From Wolbachia endosymbiont of Litomosoides sigmodontis (GTDB taxonomy: Bacteria; Pseudomonadota; Alphaproteobacteria; Rickettsiales; Anaplasmataceae), in contig NZ_CP046577.1 in the NCBI RefSeq assembly GCF_013365435.1, positions 750,001 through 782,000 on the forward strand: a stretch of 32,000 nt of DNA. The letters run 5' to 3'. Shown piece by piece: positions 21,585 through 30,029 of the stretch. The position numbers were made by a program, and so were the translations under genes. The notes below the pieces were generated by a model. That model was not told the origin of the DNA. It worked only from the letters and a program-made list of their open reading frames with translations, and ran no database searches. Positions within the stretch are counted from its first letter, which is position 1, and each line of letters opens with the position of its first letter.

Positions 21585-22521
21585 AAAAGTTATACTACAA
21601 TTAATTATTTCTATAGTGATAATTGTTACTTTAACTTCTGCCTTTGTACTTATTGTCGTTTGTATAAATAAAGGTAACCAAGAGAAAAAGGACAAGCTTT
21701 ATGAGATAAATGCTGTACATAGTAGTTGGGTACAAACGATAGCATATTATCTAGTGAAGCCAATACTTGAATCCGCACTTGATCGCTATATTAAAAAGCA
21801 TGGGCTGACAGAATATTTGAAAGAAACAATACAACAAAAAACAGAAGAAAACTCAATAAATTTTTATGAAATCATAGAAGGTAGTGGTAGCAAAGCTTTT
21901 TGTGGTCAGGAAATCGTATTACAAATGTATAAAATATCTAATAATTTAGCAACACCACTATCACTTTCAAAACAAGTTTCTGATGTTACTTTGACAATAG
22001 GTCGAGATAATAACCAAAGAGAGGTAGGTTTAGGAGTAATAGGTATGAAAGAAGGTGGAGAGCGTGTAATTACAATAAACAATATTGCCGATAAGAATAA
22101 AATGAATTTTAATTCTTATTATATTAAACTAATCGAAATAAAAGATAAATATCCTGACTCAGCAAATAGTATGATGATTTTTAACGAATTAATTAACAAG
22201 ACTGGAAAGCAGGTAAAGTGTGGTGACAGGATATCAGTTAAATATAGCTTAATGAGATATGATGGTAAATATATGATCAAAGATCAAACAATACAATTTA
22301 AAGTTGGCGATAAAAAAGTACCACTTGCCATGGACCTTGGAGTCATAGGAATGAAAGAGGGTAATAATAGGACTATTATTTCTCCGCCAGAACTTTTGAA
22401 CGTTACTGATGATATGCTAGTCGAAGATATAGATTTTGACAAAGAGAGTGTTTCAATAATTAACTTAAGCTTAAATGTCAAACAAGAAATAGCAGCACAT
22501 CATTCTACTGTTGAAGAATAG
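21577..22521 (+). CDS. Membrane-anchored protein with two degenerate FKBP-type peptidyl-prolyl isomerase-like domains
   Basis: 314 aa. The N-terminal TM helix is VILQLIISIVIIVTLTSAFVLIVVCI. Two internally repeated FKBP-like blocks are present. The first is YEIIEGSGSKAFCGQEIVLQMYK...LTIGRDNNQREVGLGVIGMKEGGERVITI. The second is CGDRISVKYSLMRYDGKYM...FKVGDKKVPLAMDLGVIGMKEGNNRTIISPPELL. Both follow the FKBP pattern (V.V.Y.G.L.DG..F...F.LG...VI.G...GL.GMK.G..R...IP) loosely. Confidence 0.7.
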   Translation: MARKVILQLIISIVIIVTLTSAFVLIVVCINKGNQEKKDKLYEINAVHSSWVQTIAYYLVKPILESALDRYIKKHGLTEYLKETIQQKTEENSINFYEIIEGSGSKAFCGQEIVLQMYKISNNLATPLSLSKQVSDVTLTIGRDNNQREVGLGVIGMKEGGERVITINNIADKNKMNFNSYYIKLIEIKDKYPDSANSMMIFNELINKTGKQVKCGDRISVKYSLMRYDGKYMIKDQTIQFKVGDKKVPLAMDLGVIGMKEGNNRTIISPPELLNVTDDMLVEDIDFDKESVSIINLSLNVKQEIAAHHSTVEE

Positions 22522-22550
22522 TTAAGGATATAACAAAATTTCGAATTTAC

Positions 22551-23130
22551 TAATACAGCTATACAAATGTTATGATTTAAGTCTATCAGGTGGCGGTATT
22601 ATGTCAGTTACTCTTTTTTGTTATTTCAGTACCTGATATATAGCTGTACAAACATCTTGCTACCTGGCAGCTATCACCTAAATAGCCCTTTTCTTATTAT
22701 TCTAACACCTATTGTGATTAGAAATATCAATAATGTCTTGATTTAAAAGGAATGCAAAAGTTTATCAAGTAATTTTCTTGTCAAAAAATAATATTAGTTA
22801 GATTTTAAAATAACTTTGAAAAAAGGTAAAAAGAACTCTGCAATGTAAGTGTTCACTATTTCCTCAAAAATTTGCGCTAGGTTTTTTACACTGCTTAATA
22901 AGCGAGGTTCAGCTAATGTAGATAAAAATTTATAAAGAAGTGGAATATATAAAAAAATTAAACTCAACAAGGCTAGCTTAATATTGTACTTTTGCCACTT
23001 AAAGTAAAGATTAAAGATAAATTTTAGGCTTATAACATCTATATTTTATGATATGGTGGATCGGCAAGATTTGCCAAACGGTTTTTTAGCCCTGGTTCTC
23101 TGTTTTTAAATCATAATGTTCGTGTAGTTA
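22551..23130. repeat. Unclassified dispersed repeat, copy B2 (inverted relative to B1), with imperfect terminal inverted similarity and an internal hairpin
   Basis: See B1 for the collinear match. The left end aatacagctatacaaatgttatgatttaag resembles the reverse complement of the right end (aataactacacgaacattatgatttaaaa). It fills most of the convergent gap between the FKBP-like gene and glmS. There is no ORF. Boundaries are approximate. Confidence 0.55.
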
Positions 23131-23165
23131 TTTGTTGAAGCACTAGCATAATAATTAAGAGTGGA

Positions 23166-24986
23166 TTACTCAACTGTAACAGATTTAGCCAAGTTCCTTG
23201 GACAATCAGCATCTAGCCCTTTTTTTACTGCAACAGAATAAGCAAGGAATTGCATAGCAACACTATAAACTATTGGAGAAATAAAATTATCGACGTCCGG
23301 AAGTTGAATCACATCTTTACAAATCTCCCTTAAGAAGGGCACTCCTTGCTTATCACTAAAGGCAATCACTTTACCTTTTCTTGCAATGACTTCTTGTATA
23401 TTGGATAATGTTTTAAAAAATAAATCGTCATATGGAATAATTGCTATAATAAGTACAGATGAATCTATTAAGGCAATTGAACCATGCTTCATCTCTCCTG
23501 CTGCAATACCAATAGTATTAATGTATGAAAGTTCTTTTATCTTCAATGCACCTTCCATTGCAACTCCATATGAGCTTCCCCTACCAATTAAAATAATGCT
23601 ATTGTGCTCCAATATACTATCTGATATGTGTTGTACTTTTATTGCATTCAAAACGCATTCAACATATTCTGGAATAGAATTGATAGCATCACTCAGCTGT
23701 TTTGTTCTTTTTTCACCCACTGTATCTTTTATTTTTGCAAGCTCTAAGGTAAAGCATGCTAAAATAGCAAGTTGCGCAGAAAAGGTTTTTGTTGAAGCAA
23801 CACCAATTTCTGGTCCAGCAAGAGTGTGTAACACAATATCTGAGATTTTTTCAATGCTGCTGTTAAATGTGTTAGTTATGCTAATGATTGTTTGTTTCTG
23901 CGATTTCGCATAGCGTAATGCTTCCATGGTATCCGCGGTTTCACCAGATTGTGAGATGAATAACCCAATGCTTCCTTCTTCTAGTCTTGCATTGCTATAC
24001 CTAAATTCTGATGAGATTTCTAGGTATACACGCACTTGAGCAACACTTTCTAACCAATATTTTGCTATTAGCCCAACAAAGTAAGATGACCCGCATCCAA
24101 CTATAGTAATATAACTTAGTTCGGAAAATAATTTTTTGTTAGCAGATATCACCTCTGTATACTTTTTATAAAATTGATTTATTGTTTTGTTTAATATATA
24201 TGGCTGCTCAAAAATCTCTTTTAACATGAAGCTAGAGTAACCATTTTTGCTGATTAAAAAATTACTTGAATTATTATTTTCTATGCTGCGTTTCACTTGT
24301 GCACCGTTATTATATATATCCACTCCGCTAGATTTTATCACTGCAACGTCATTATCCTCCAGGTAAGATATTCTTTTCACCAGTGTATTTAACGTATTAG
24401 AATCAGATGCAGCAAATATAGTGTTACAATTATAGCCTATCGCTAAAGGTAAATTCCTTTTCGCGACAAATAGAACATCTGGACATTCTGCAAATAATAG
24501 GACTAAAGCAAATGAACCGTGTAAGTTGTTCAAACACTTAAGTAGAGAATTAATAGGTGACAATCCTTCATTAAGATATAAGGTTAGCATGTTTGGTATG
24601 ACCTCTGTGTCTGTATCAGTATGAAACGGTATTCCTCTTTTTTCTAGACCCTTTTTTAGCAGATTATAATTCTCGATTATACCGTTATGAGCAACAACAA
24701 CGTTATTTGTATGAATGGGATGAGCATTTTTAAGATCAGGGACTCCATGTGTAGCCCAGCGAGTATGCGCTATGCCAACTACACTGCTAGACATCCTACT
24801 GTTACCGACAATTTCACATAATCTTTCAACTTTGCCTTCTGATTTTTGGACTTCTATTTTACCTTCATTGTTTATGATTGCTATACCTGAAGAGTCATAT
24901 CCTCTATATTCCAATTTTCGTAACCCAGCCAACAAAGTTGGTATTACTGAATCACCATCGCTTACTACGCCAAATATTCCACACAC
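23166..24986 (-). CDS. glmS: Glutamine--fructose-6-phosphate aminotransferase (isomerizing) GlmS
   Basis: Conserved blocks are CGIFGVV...LEYRGYDSSGIA...AHTRWATHG...VAHNGIIENY, two SIS domains, and C-terminal NLAKSVTVE. The track ORF starts at a TTG (24992), giving MVVCGIF. The class II amidotransferase nucleophile must be Cys at position 2. I therefore place the start at the GTG at 24986-24984 (GTG TGT GGA = fMet-Cys-Gly). Confidence 0.93.
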   Translation of the reverse strand: MCGIFGVVSDGDSVIPTLLAGLRKLEYRGYDSSGIAIINNEGKIEVQKSEGKVERLCEIVGNSRMSSSVVGIAHTRWATHGVPDLKNAHPIHTNNVVVAHNGIIENYNLLKKGLEKRGIPFHTDTDTEVIPNMLTLYLNEGLSPINSLLKCLNNLHGSFALVLLFAECPDVLFVAKRNLPLAIGYNCNTIFAASDSNTLNTLVKRISYLEDNDVAVIKSSGVDIYNNGAQVKRSIENNNSSNFLISKNGYSSFMLKEIFEQPYILNKTINQFYKKYTEVISANKKLFSELSYITIVGCGSSYFVGLIAKYWLESVAQVRVYLEISSEFRYSNARLEEGSIGLFISQSGETADTMEALRYAKSQKQTIISITNTFNSSIEKISDIVLHTLAGPEIGVASTKTFSAQLAILACFTLELAKIKDTVGEKRTKQLSDAINSIPEYVECVLNAIKVQHISDSILEHNSIILIGRGSSYGVAMEGALKIKELSYINTIGIAAGEMKHGSIALIDSSVLIIAIIPYDDLFFKTLSNIQEVIARKGKVIAFSDKQGVPFLREICKDVIQLPDVDNFISPIVYSVAMQFLAYSVAVKKGLDADCPRNLAKSVTVE

Positions 24987-25009
24987 AACCAAGTAAACCT
25001 TTTTTAGAG

Positions 25010-25444
25010 CTATGAAGCATTCTTGCTTTTACTATCTTTCCCCTTTTTACTTTTCTCTGATTGATTTTGGCTCCTTTTGTCGTCCTTCTCTGTCTTACCT
25101 TTTTCAATTAATTTGGTTTGCACCTCTTTGTTTAAAACCTCAGATATAGCAGTCTTTAAAACCTTTATCTCAACTTTTGGGGCTATTTCTATTATAAGTT
25201 GTGCATTTGGCTCATCAATTTTGTTAACTTCACCCATTATCCCACCAGAGGTAACAACTATATCGCCACGCTTTATTTGATCTATCATCTTTCTATGTTC
25301 TTTCAGTTTCTTGTGATTTGGACGAATGATAAAGAAATAAAATACTATACATATTAAAATCAACGGAATAAAATTAACAAAAGGCACACCAATGCTTGAT
25401 ACATTGCTAGCTGCACTTGCCGCAAAAACTTCAGAAATGAACAT
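25010..25444 (-). CDS. yajC: Preprotein translocase subunit YajC, with Lys/Ser-rich C-terminal extension
   Basis: 144 aa. It has a single TM helix (FIPLILICIVFYFFIIRP). The YajC core reads QIKRGDIVVTSGGIMGEVNKIDE..LIIEIAPKVEIKVLKTAI. The basic tail reads KDDKRSQNQSEKSKKGKDSKSKNAS. Confidence 0.85.
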   Translation of the reverse strand: MFISEVFAASAASNVSSIGVPFVNFIPLILICIVFYFFIIRPNHKKLKEHRKMIDQIKRGDIVVTSGGIMGEVNKIDEPNAQLIIEIAPKVEIKVLKTAISEVLNKEVQTKLIEKGKTEKDDKRSQNQSEKSKKGKDSKSKNAS

Positions 25445-26101
25445 ACTTAACCCTAATTGGTAACGATAAACTTAAATGAATTGCTTAAGTATTAATTACA
25501 ATACCATTTCATGTCAAGTTTGGTGAAAGAAAACAATGCTTTCTACAAAAGGTCACAAGTTAGTGATTATCCTCCTGCCATTTATACAGTAGATATTCTA
25601 GTGTAAAAAATAACCATTACTTTGATAAAATACAAAAAAGAATCTCACAGAATGAAAAAATAACTAGACTTGTTACAACAGTACATACAATAACAAAATT
25701 TGATAAAGCATAAGACAAACTTAAGAATCAACGTATTGCATATATGCGCTACACTCTTTTAATCTTCCTTAAAAAGAAGACAATACACAATAATACTAAT
25801 ACATTGAAAGTATCGTTTTGTGAGCTATTTATAGCTAGTAATAAGAAAAATATCAATCAGTCATCACATCTCTAGTTAGGCTACCATTAATTGCAGTAGG
25901 TACCGCACCTGCTATAGCTATTTGTCTAGTTATAGGATGAATTTAAATATCTTATCTAGTATAGAAGTAACAGAAAGCTGACACCTCAAGTAAAATATAC
26001 CCTCTTTACCAGACAAAAAAAGCAATCCATCCATAGGAAGAGCTTTTCAACTATTTTGTAATATTTTTGGCAAATGGCCTGGCAAAGCTATATAAAATAA
26101 A

Positions 26102-27373
26102 CTAAGCTCTAAGCATAGAAATCACTTTATCATAGGACGGCAGTGATTTAATTTCTCCAATTGCAGCTAAAGTAGTTTTTTCATGCTTAAATAGTAATTC
26201 TTCTGCTGCTTTTTTTACATCAGCAGTAGTAACTGCATTAGTTTTTTCTATCAGTTCATTTTTGCTGATGTATCTATTATAGTTACCATAATAATGCCCT
26301 AAAGCTTTAGCACGAGAACTAACACTTTCACGCGACATCAAAATTTGGGATTTGATCCGCTCTTTTACTCTATTTACTTCTTCTTCCCTCAAATCATCCG
26401 TAGATAACTTTTTTAATTCCGTGGTTATGGATTTTAAAAGTTTATCTAAGCTATTACTGTCCGTACCAGCAAAAATGGAAAGCATACCTGTATCAGTATA
26501 ACTGGAATTAAATGAATAGACAGAGTAAGCTAATCCTTGCTTTTCTCTTACTTCTTGGAATAAACGTGATGACATTCCGCTCCCTAATATAGAATCAAGC
26601 ACTTGAAACGTGTAATACCTATTATCATGGCGAGAAACACTAGGAAAACCTATTAGCAAATACACCTGATCTAATTTGCGATATTCCAGATACTCACCAC
26701 CAGTGCAATTTGCAGCTTGGTTTTCTTTGAATTTTTGAGAAGAAATCTTCGAGAAAAAATCTTTTGTTAACTGAGCAACCTCCTCATGCTCAATGTCGCC
26801 GGCAACAGCAAATATCATATTCTCGCCAAAGTAATGTTCGTTTATATAATTATTTAAATCCCCTCGAGCAAATGATCTAACAGTATCCTGCGTGCCTAAA
26901 ATTGACCTACTAAATGGCTGATCTTTGTAAGCTACCTCAAAATATTTATCGAAGATGATATCGCTCGGTGAATCATTAGTTTGCAAAATTTCTTGTATTA
27001 CAACACCCTTTTCACGTTCTAATTCATCTTCTGGAAACGTAGAATTCATCAATATATCTATTAATATACCAATGCCAATTTTTATGTCTTTCTTGAGAAC
27101 CTTCACATAGTAATTCGTGCTCTCTCTACCGGTACTGGCATTAAACACTCCACCTATATCGTCAAAAGCTTGTGCAATTTCAAATGCAGTTCTTGTCTTT
27201 GTTCCCTTGAAAGCCATGTGCTCTAGAAAATGAGATATCCCATTTTGATTTACACTTTCAGCTCTACTGCCAACACCAATTCGTATATTCAAAGCTACAG
27301 AATCAACATCAAGCACCTGCTCAGTTATTATGCGCAGACCATTATCCAGTTTTGTTACCCTGGGCATATTCAT
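26102..27373 (-). CDS. M16-family (pitrilysin / processing-peptidase-like) zinc metallopeptidase
   Basis: 423 aa. The inverted zinc motif is GISHFLEHMAFKGT (HxxEH), with a downstream E in REKGVVIQE. The layout of two homologous halves is typical of M16B. The start lies 1 nt after the sodB stop. Confidence 0.88.
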   Translation of the reverse strand: MNMPRVTKLDNGLRIITEQVLDVDSVALNIRIGVGSRAESVNQNGISHFLEHMAFKGTKTRTAFEIAQAFDDIGGVFNASTGRESTNYYVKVLKKDIKIGIGILIDILMNSTFPEDELEREKGVVIQEILQTNDSPSDIIFDKYFEVAYKDQPFSRSILGTQDTVRSFARGDLNNYINEHYFGENMIFAVAGDIEHEEVAQLTKDFFSKISSQKFKENQAANCTGGEYLEYRKLDQVYLLIGFPSVSRHDNRYYTFQVLDSILGSGMSSRLFQEVREKQGLAYSVYSFNSSYTDTGMLSIFAGTDSNSLDKLLKSITTELKKLSTDDLREEEVNRVKERIKSQILMSRESVSSRAKALGHYYGNYNRYISKNELIEKTNAVTTADVKKAAEELLFKHEKTTLAAIGEIKSLPSYDKVISMLRA

Positions 27374-27374
27374 C

Positions 27375-27983
27375 TTACATATTCTTTTTTAGATTTTCTT
27401 CTGCAAAGTCCCAATTAATTAAGTGGTCAAGGAAAACCTTTATGTAGTCAATTCTACGATTTTGACAATCTAAGTAATAGGCATGCTCCCACACATCCAT
27501 AGTAAGTAGTGGTACTTGACCATAAATTAACGGCAAATTCGCATTTGGAGTTTTGGTAATTTTTAGTTTACCTCTTTCAAGCACTAACCATATCCATCCA
27601 CTACCAAACTGACCTATTCCATGATTGAAAAATTCTTCATGGAATTTATCAAAGCCACCTATATCATCTTGAATTTTTTTTATCAGAATACCATCGTCTT
27701 TAGGCTTACCACCACCACTCTTTTTCATTGAATTCCAATAAAAAGTGTGATTCCAAACTTGTGCAGCATTATTGAAAACAGAAACTTCATCACTATTGCC
27801 GTGAACCTTCATTATTAATTCTTCAATTTTCACATTTTGATAATCTGTACTCTCAATTAGCTCATTAAGCTTATTTAAATACCCTTTATGATGCTTATCA
27901 TAATGAAAATCTAAGGTTTTCGCAGATATATAAGGCTCTAAAGCCGTTTTATCATATGGCAGCTCAGTTAAAGTAAAACTCAT
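27375..27983 (-). CDS. sodB: Fe/Mn-family superoxide dismutase (Fe-type by context)
   Basis: Conserved blocks are LPYDKTALEPYISAKTLDFHYDKHH, FNNAAQVWNHTFYW and DVWEHAYYLD. The track ORF extends to 28070. I prefer the ATG at 27983 (MSFTLTELPY), which is preceded by AAGGA and gives a canonical SOD of about 202 aa. Confidence 0.92.
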   Translation of the reverse strand: MSFTLTELPYDKTALEPYISAKTLDFHYDKHHKGYLNKLNELIESTDYQNVKIEELIMKVHGNSDEVSVFNNAAQVWNHTFYWNSMKKSGGGKPKDDGILIKKIQDDIGGFDKFHEEFFNHGIGQFGSGWIWLVLERGKLKITKTPNANLPLIYGQVPLLTMDVWEHAYYLDCQNRRIDYIKVFLDHLINWDFAEENLKKNM

Positions 27984-28339
27984 GCTAATTCCTTCATTTT
28001 TGATCCACTTCAATAGTAGGATAATATATACTCCTGTGCAACATATAATTTGGTTAAAATATTGATACACCTATTATAACTACTTTTAAAAAAGTTATGC
28101 TAGTATAACTAGGTAAATAATCATCAGATCCTTTATTTATACATAGTTTTTTAGAAAGCTAATATATTAATTATATTAACACACAACAATCTTAAGCAAT
28201 ATACTCATCAACAAGGAACTGTTCCTACTGTAGAACAAAATAATGGCAATAAAGTTTCACAAAATAATTTTTACAAATTCTTTATACTATATTAATAGCA
28301 CTATATACCAATTAAGGATATGCTTATTAAAAATAAAGC

Positions 28340-28452
28340 ATGATTCTAACACTTCAAAAACAACTATGAAAGAAAAAAGGCAATAGCACTTGGGCAGCAT
28401 GAAATGCAATGATCATTATTCTGGCTTCGCAAACTTATTACTTGATACTCTA
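28340..28452 (+). pseudogene. comM: Possible 5'-proximal remnant of a comM/yifB (Mg-chelatase-like AAA+) gene
   Basis: Weak. Frame-shifted fragments read HFKNNYERKKAIALGQHEMQ* and, in the next frame, HYSGFANLLLDTL. These resemble the region DxxDVxGQExxKRALEIAAAGGHNLL / GPPGxGKTMLAxRL upstream of and across Walker A. The fragments are in the same orientation as the much clearer 3' remnant at 29229-29393 and in the expected order. Confidence 0.3.
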
Positions 28453-29190
28453 TAATTCAGGATATAGCTAGAATTTTCTCCATTTCTAGAATTAACTGCA
28501 CTGTAGAGATAAAAATTTTGTTTACCTGATTTTTACTTTAATTTATGTTTCAATGCCTTTGTTTAAATACCAGTATCCAACTCTCGGATGTATGTCAAAC
28601 CGCGATTCATCAAAGATGAATAACTCTTAATTAGAATATTTACCAATAGCTTTATTAATTTTTCAAAACTATTCCTATCTATCTTTACCTTATTCATTAT
28701 GAATTGGTCTTGACGTAATATACGAAAACTTCATTTTTTATATCACAAGGTACTGCAGACTTGCTAATATTTAAGCCAAATTTTTCCTAAATGTCTTATT
28801 TTCATCTCTTCAGTAGTAATATTGGGATTTTCTTCCATTCATACTTTAACTCGTTTTAATTGCCTCAGATTCAATTTAGTTTTCTCAATATTGAAGGAAG
28901 TAGATAATCTTCTTCTCTTCCAAATTTTAGGTGCTTTATCCATGTAGTTGGCGTATATCTTTAAAATGCAATATATTTTTACTAACGCTGTTATACTGTG
29001 TTTTTGCTACAATTACAACATTTAGTTTTTTTGTAACATATGCGTTATTTCACACTTCCTTTAGCATTTCTTTTGCTTGTTTCACGACTTTTTTTATCTA
29101 GTAATTTTGATTTCAACGCCATTTTACTTACTTCAGCTAGCTTCTTTTCCACTATTGTTTACTAATTCCTTGTATAGTGAGAATGACATA
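28450..29190 (-). mobile_element. Decayed IS630-family relic, copy 3 (left part missing)
   Basis: From about 28456 (ttcaggatatagctagaattttctcc) to 29190 (tatagtgagaatgacata) it aligns by eye with copy 1 at about 10761-11515, in the same orientation. There is no intact ORF. The left boundary is uncertain by about 15 nt. Confidence 0.7.
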
Positions 29191-29228
29191 AGTAGTAAAA
29201 CTCAAATAAACTCATCAAGCCAAACTAA

Positions 29229-29393
29229 GCAGGACTAGAATTGCTAAAATATGCGCTAAAAAACTACATTCTTAATCGAGGCTATATACGCTTATTAAGA
29301 AGCGCAAGAACCATTGCAAATCTTATAAAAAGTAAAGAAGTAAAAAGAGCACATATCGCAGAAGCGCTAAATTGTAGAATAAGAGTATGCTAA
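29229..29393 (+). pseudogene. comM: 3'-terminal remnant of comM/yifB (Mg-chelatase-like ATPase) gene
   Basis: An open 54-codon frame reads AGLELLKYALKNYILNRGYIRLLRSARTIANLIKSKEVKRAHIAEALNCRIRVC*. It closely parallels the YifB/ComM C-terminus as I recall it (LSIRAWQRLLKVARTIADI....I.R.HL.EA..YR). It begins directly after the IS630 relic and has no start codon or N-terminal body. Confidence 0.7.
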
Positions 29394-29406
29394 TAAGCTA
29401 ATATAC

Positions 29407-29436
29407 TTGACAGGAAGTTTTTCCTTATTATATATT
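29407..29436 (+). promoter_or_regulatory. Candidate sigma70-type promoter for the orphan gene at 29481
   Basis: A perfect -35 TTGACA (29407-29412) is followed by an 18-nt spacer and a -10 TATATT (29431-29436). A strong Shine-Dalgarno AAGGAG (29468-29473) lies 7 nt before the ATG. AT-rich DNA produces -10-like hexamers by chance, so this is sequence-only evidence. Confidence 0.35.
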
Positions 29437-29480
29437 AACATTATAAACAAAAATTCACATTCTATTTAAGGAGTAGAATT

Positions 29481-29981
29481 ATGACAATAAATATCTTGGA
29501 AAATGATTCCTTCATTAAAGCTAGTGAAAAGGGATATAAAGATTCTGATGAAGGATTTTGGAGTACAACTAAAGGAATTGCTGACGCAAATTGGCAATAT
29601 GTATGCCATCATCCATACAAAACAACTGCTATTGTTCTTGGTGCACTTTCAGTAGTAACACTTACAGCTGCTTGCTTTTTAAACCCAGCTCATACAGCCT
29701 TTATTGGTATAGCTGGGACAAAAATTTCAACGTTTATTAGCCCTGCTATTGCTGGATTATCTGCATTTGCAGTTACTCATCCAGTAGTTGCTAGCCTGAT
29801 CATTGCTGCTTCGGTGGTAGCTTTAATAGCTGCGCCTATATGTGCATGGATGAATAGCAGTAAAACAAGCCAAATTGAGAAAGCACGTGAGTTACTTAAA
29901 GATGAAAAACCAGCAAGCAAGGTAGACGAGCTTAAGGAAATATTTAGAATCTCAACAGAGGAAGAAAAAACTCCTGCGTAG
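29481..29981 (+). CDS. Hypothetical small integral membrane protein (three predicted TM helices, charged C-terminal tail); no family recognised
   Basis: 166-aa ORF with ATG and a strong SD. The N-terminal segment of about 45 aa is hydrophilic. Three hydrophobic segments follow: TTAIVLGALSVVTLTAACFL, AFIGIAGTKISTFISPAIAGLSAFAV and VVASLIIAASVVALIAAPICAWM. The tail KTSQIEKARELLKDEKPASKVDELKEIFRISTEEEKTPA is Lys/Glu-rich. A hairpin terminator follows the ORF. Confidence 0.6.
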   Translation: MTINILENDSFIKASEKGYKDSDEGFWSTTKGIADANWQYVCHHPYKTTAIVLGALSVVTLTAACFLNPAHTAFIGIAGTKISTFISPAIAGLSAFAVTHPVVASLIIAASVVALIAAPICAWMNSSKTSQIEKARELLKDEKPASKVDELKEIFRISTEEEKTPA

Positions 29982-30000
29982 GTTGGTGACAATTTTCAGT

Positions 30001-30029
30001 AAAAAGGGATAGGTCTCTGTCCCTTTTTC
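30001..30029 (+). terminator. Rho-independent terminator-like hairpin
   Basis: aaaaaggga (30001-30009) pairs perfectly with tcccttttt (30020-30028) around a 10-nt loop. A T-run follows, and the hairpin lies 20 nt after the stop codon of the 29481-29981 ORF. The A-tract/T-tract symmetry would allow bidirectional function. Confidence 0.5.

Noticed and set aside
23046-23075. tRNA-like 3' end on the minus strand (ggcaaatcttgccgatccacca, ending in CCA after a small hairpin)
   Set aside because: The hairpin has a 3-nt loop rather than a 7-nt T-loop. There is no GTTC-type motif, and no D or anticodon arms can be drawn upstream. It lies inside repeat B2. I also found no GGTTCGAATCC-like tRNA signature anywhere in the window.
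23386-23913. 175-aa plus-strand ORF inside glmS
   Set aside because: It is antisense to the glmS SIS-domain region, has no motifs and no expression signals.
20595-28070. Longest-ORF starts for ispA (20595), glmS (24992, TTG) and sodB (28070)
   Set aside because: The N-terminal extensions (MNSFLLLQLRYPLTSYAEQLTNSK, MVV, MYQYFNQIICCTGVYIILLLKWIKNEGIS) have no counterpart in the respective families. Internal starts restore canonical N-termini.
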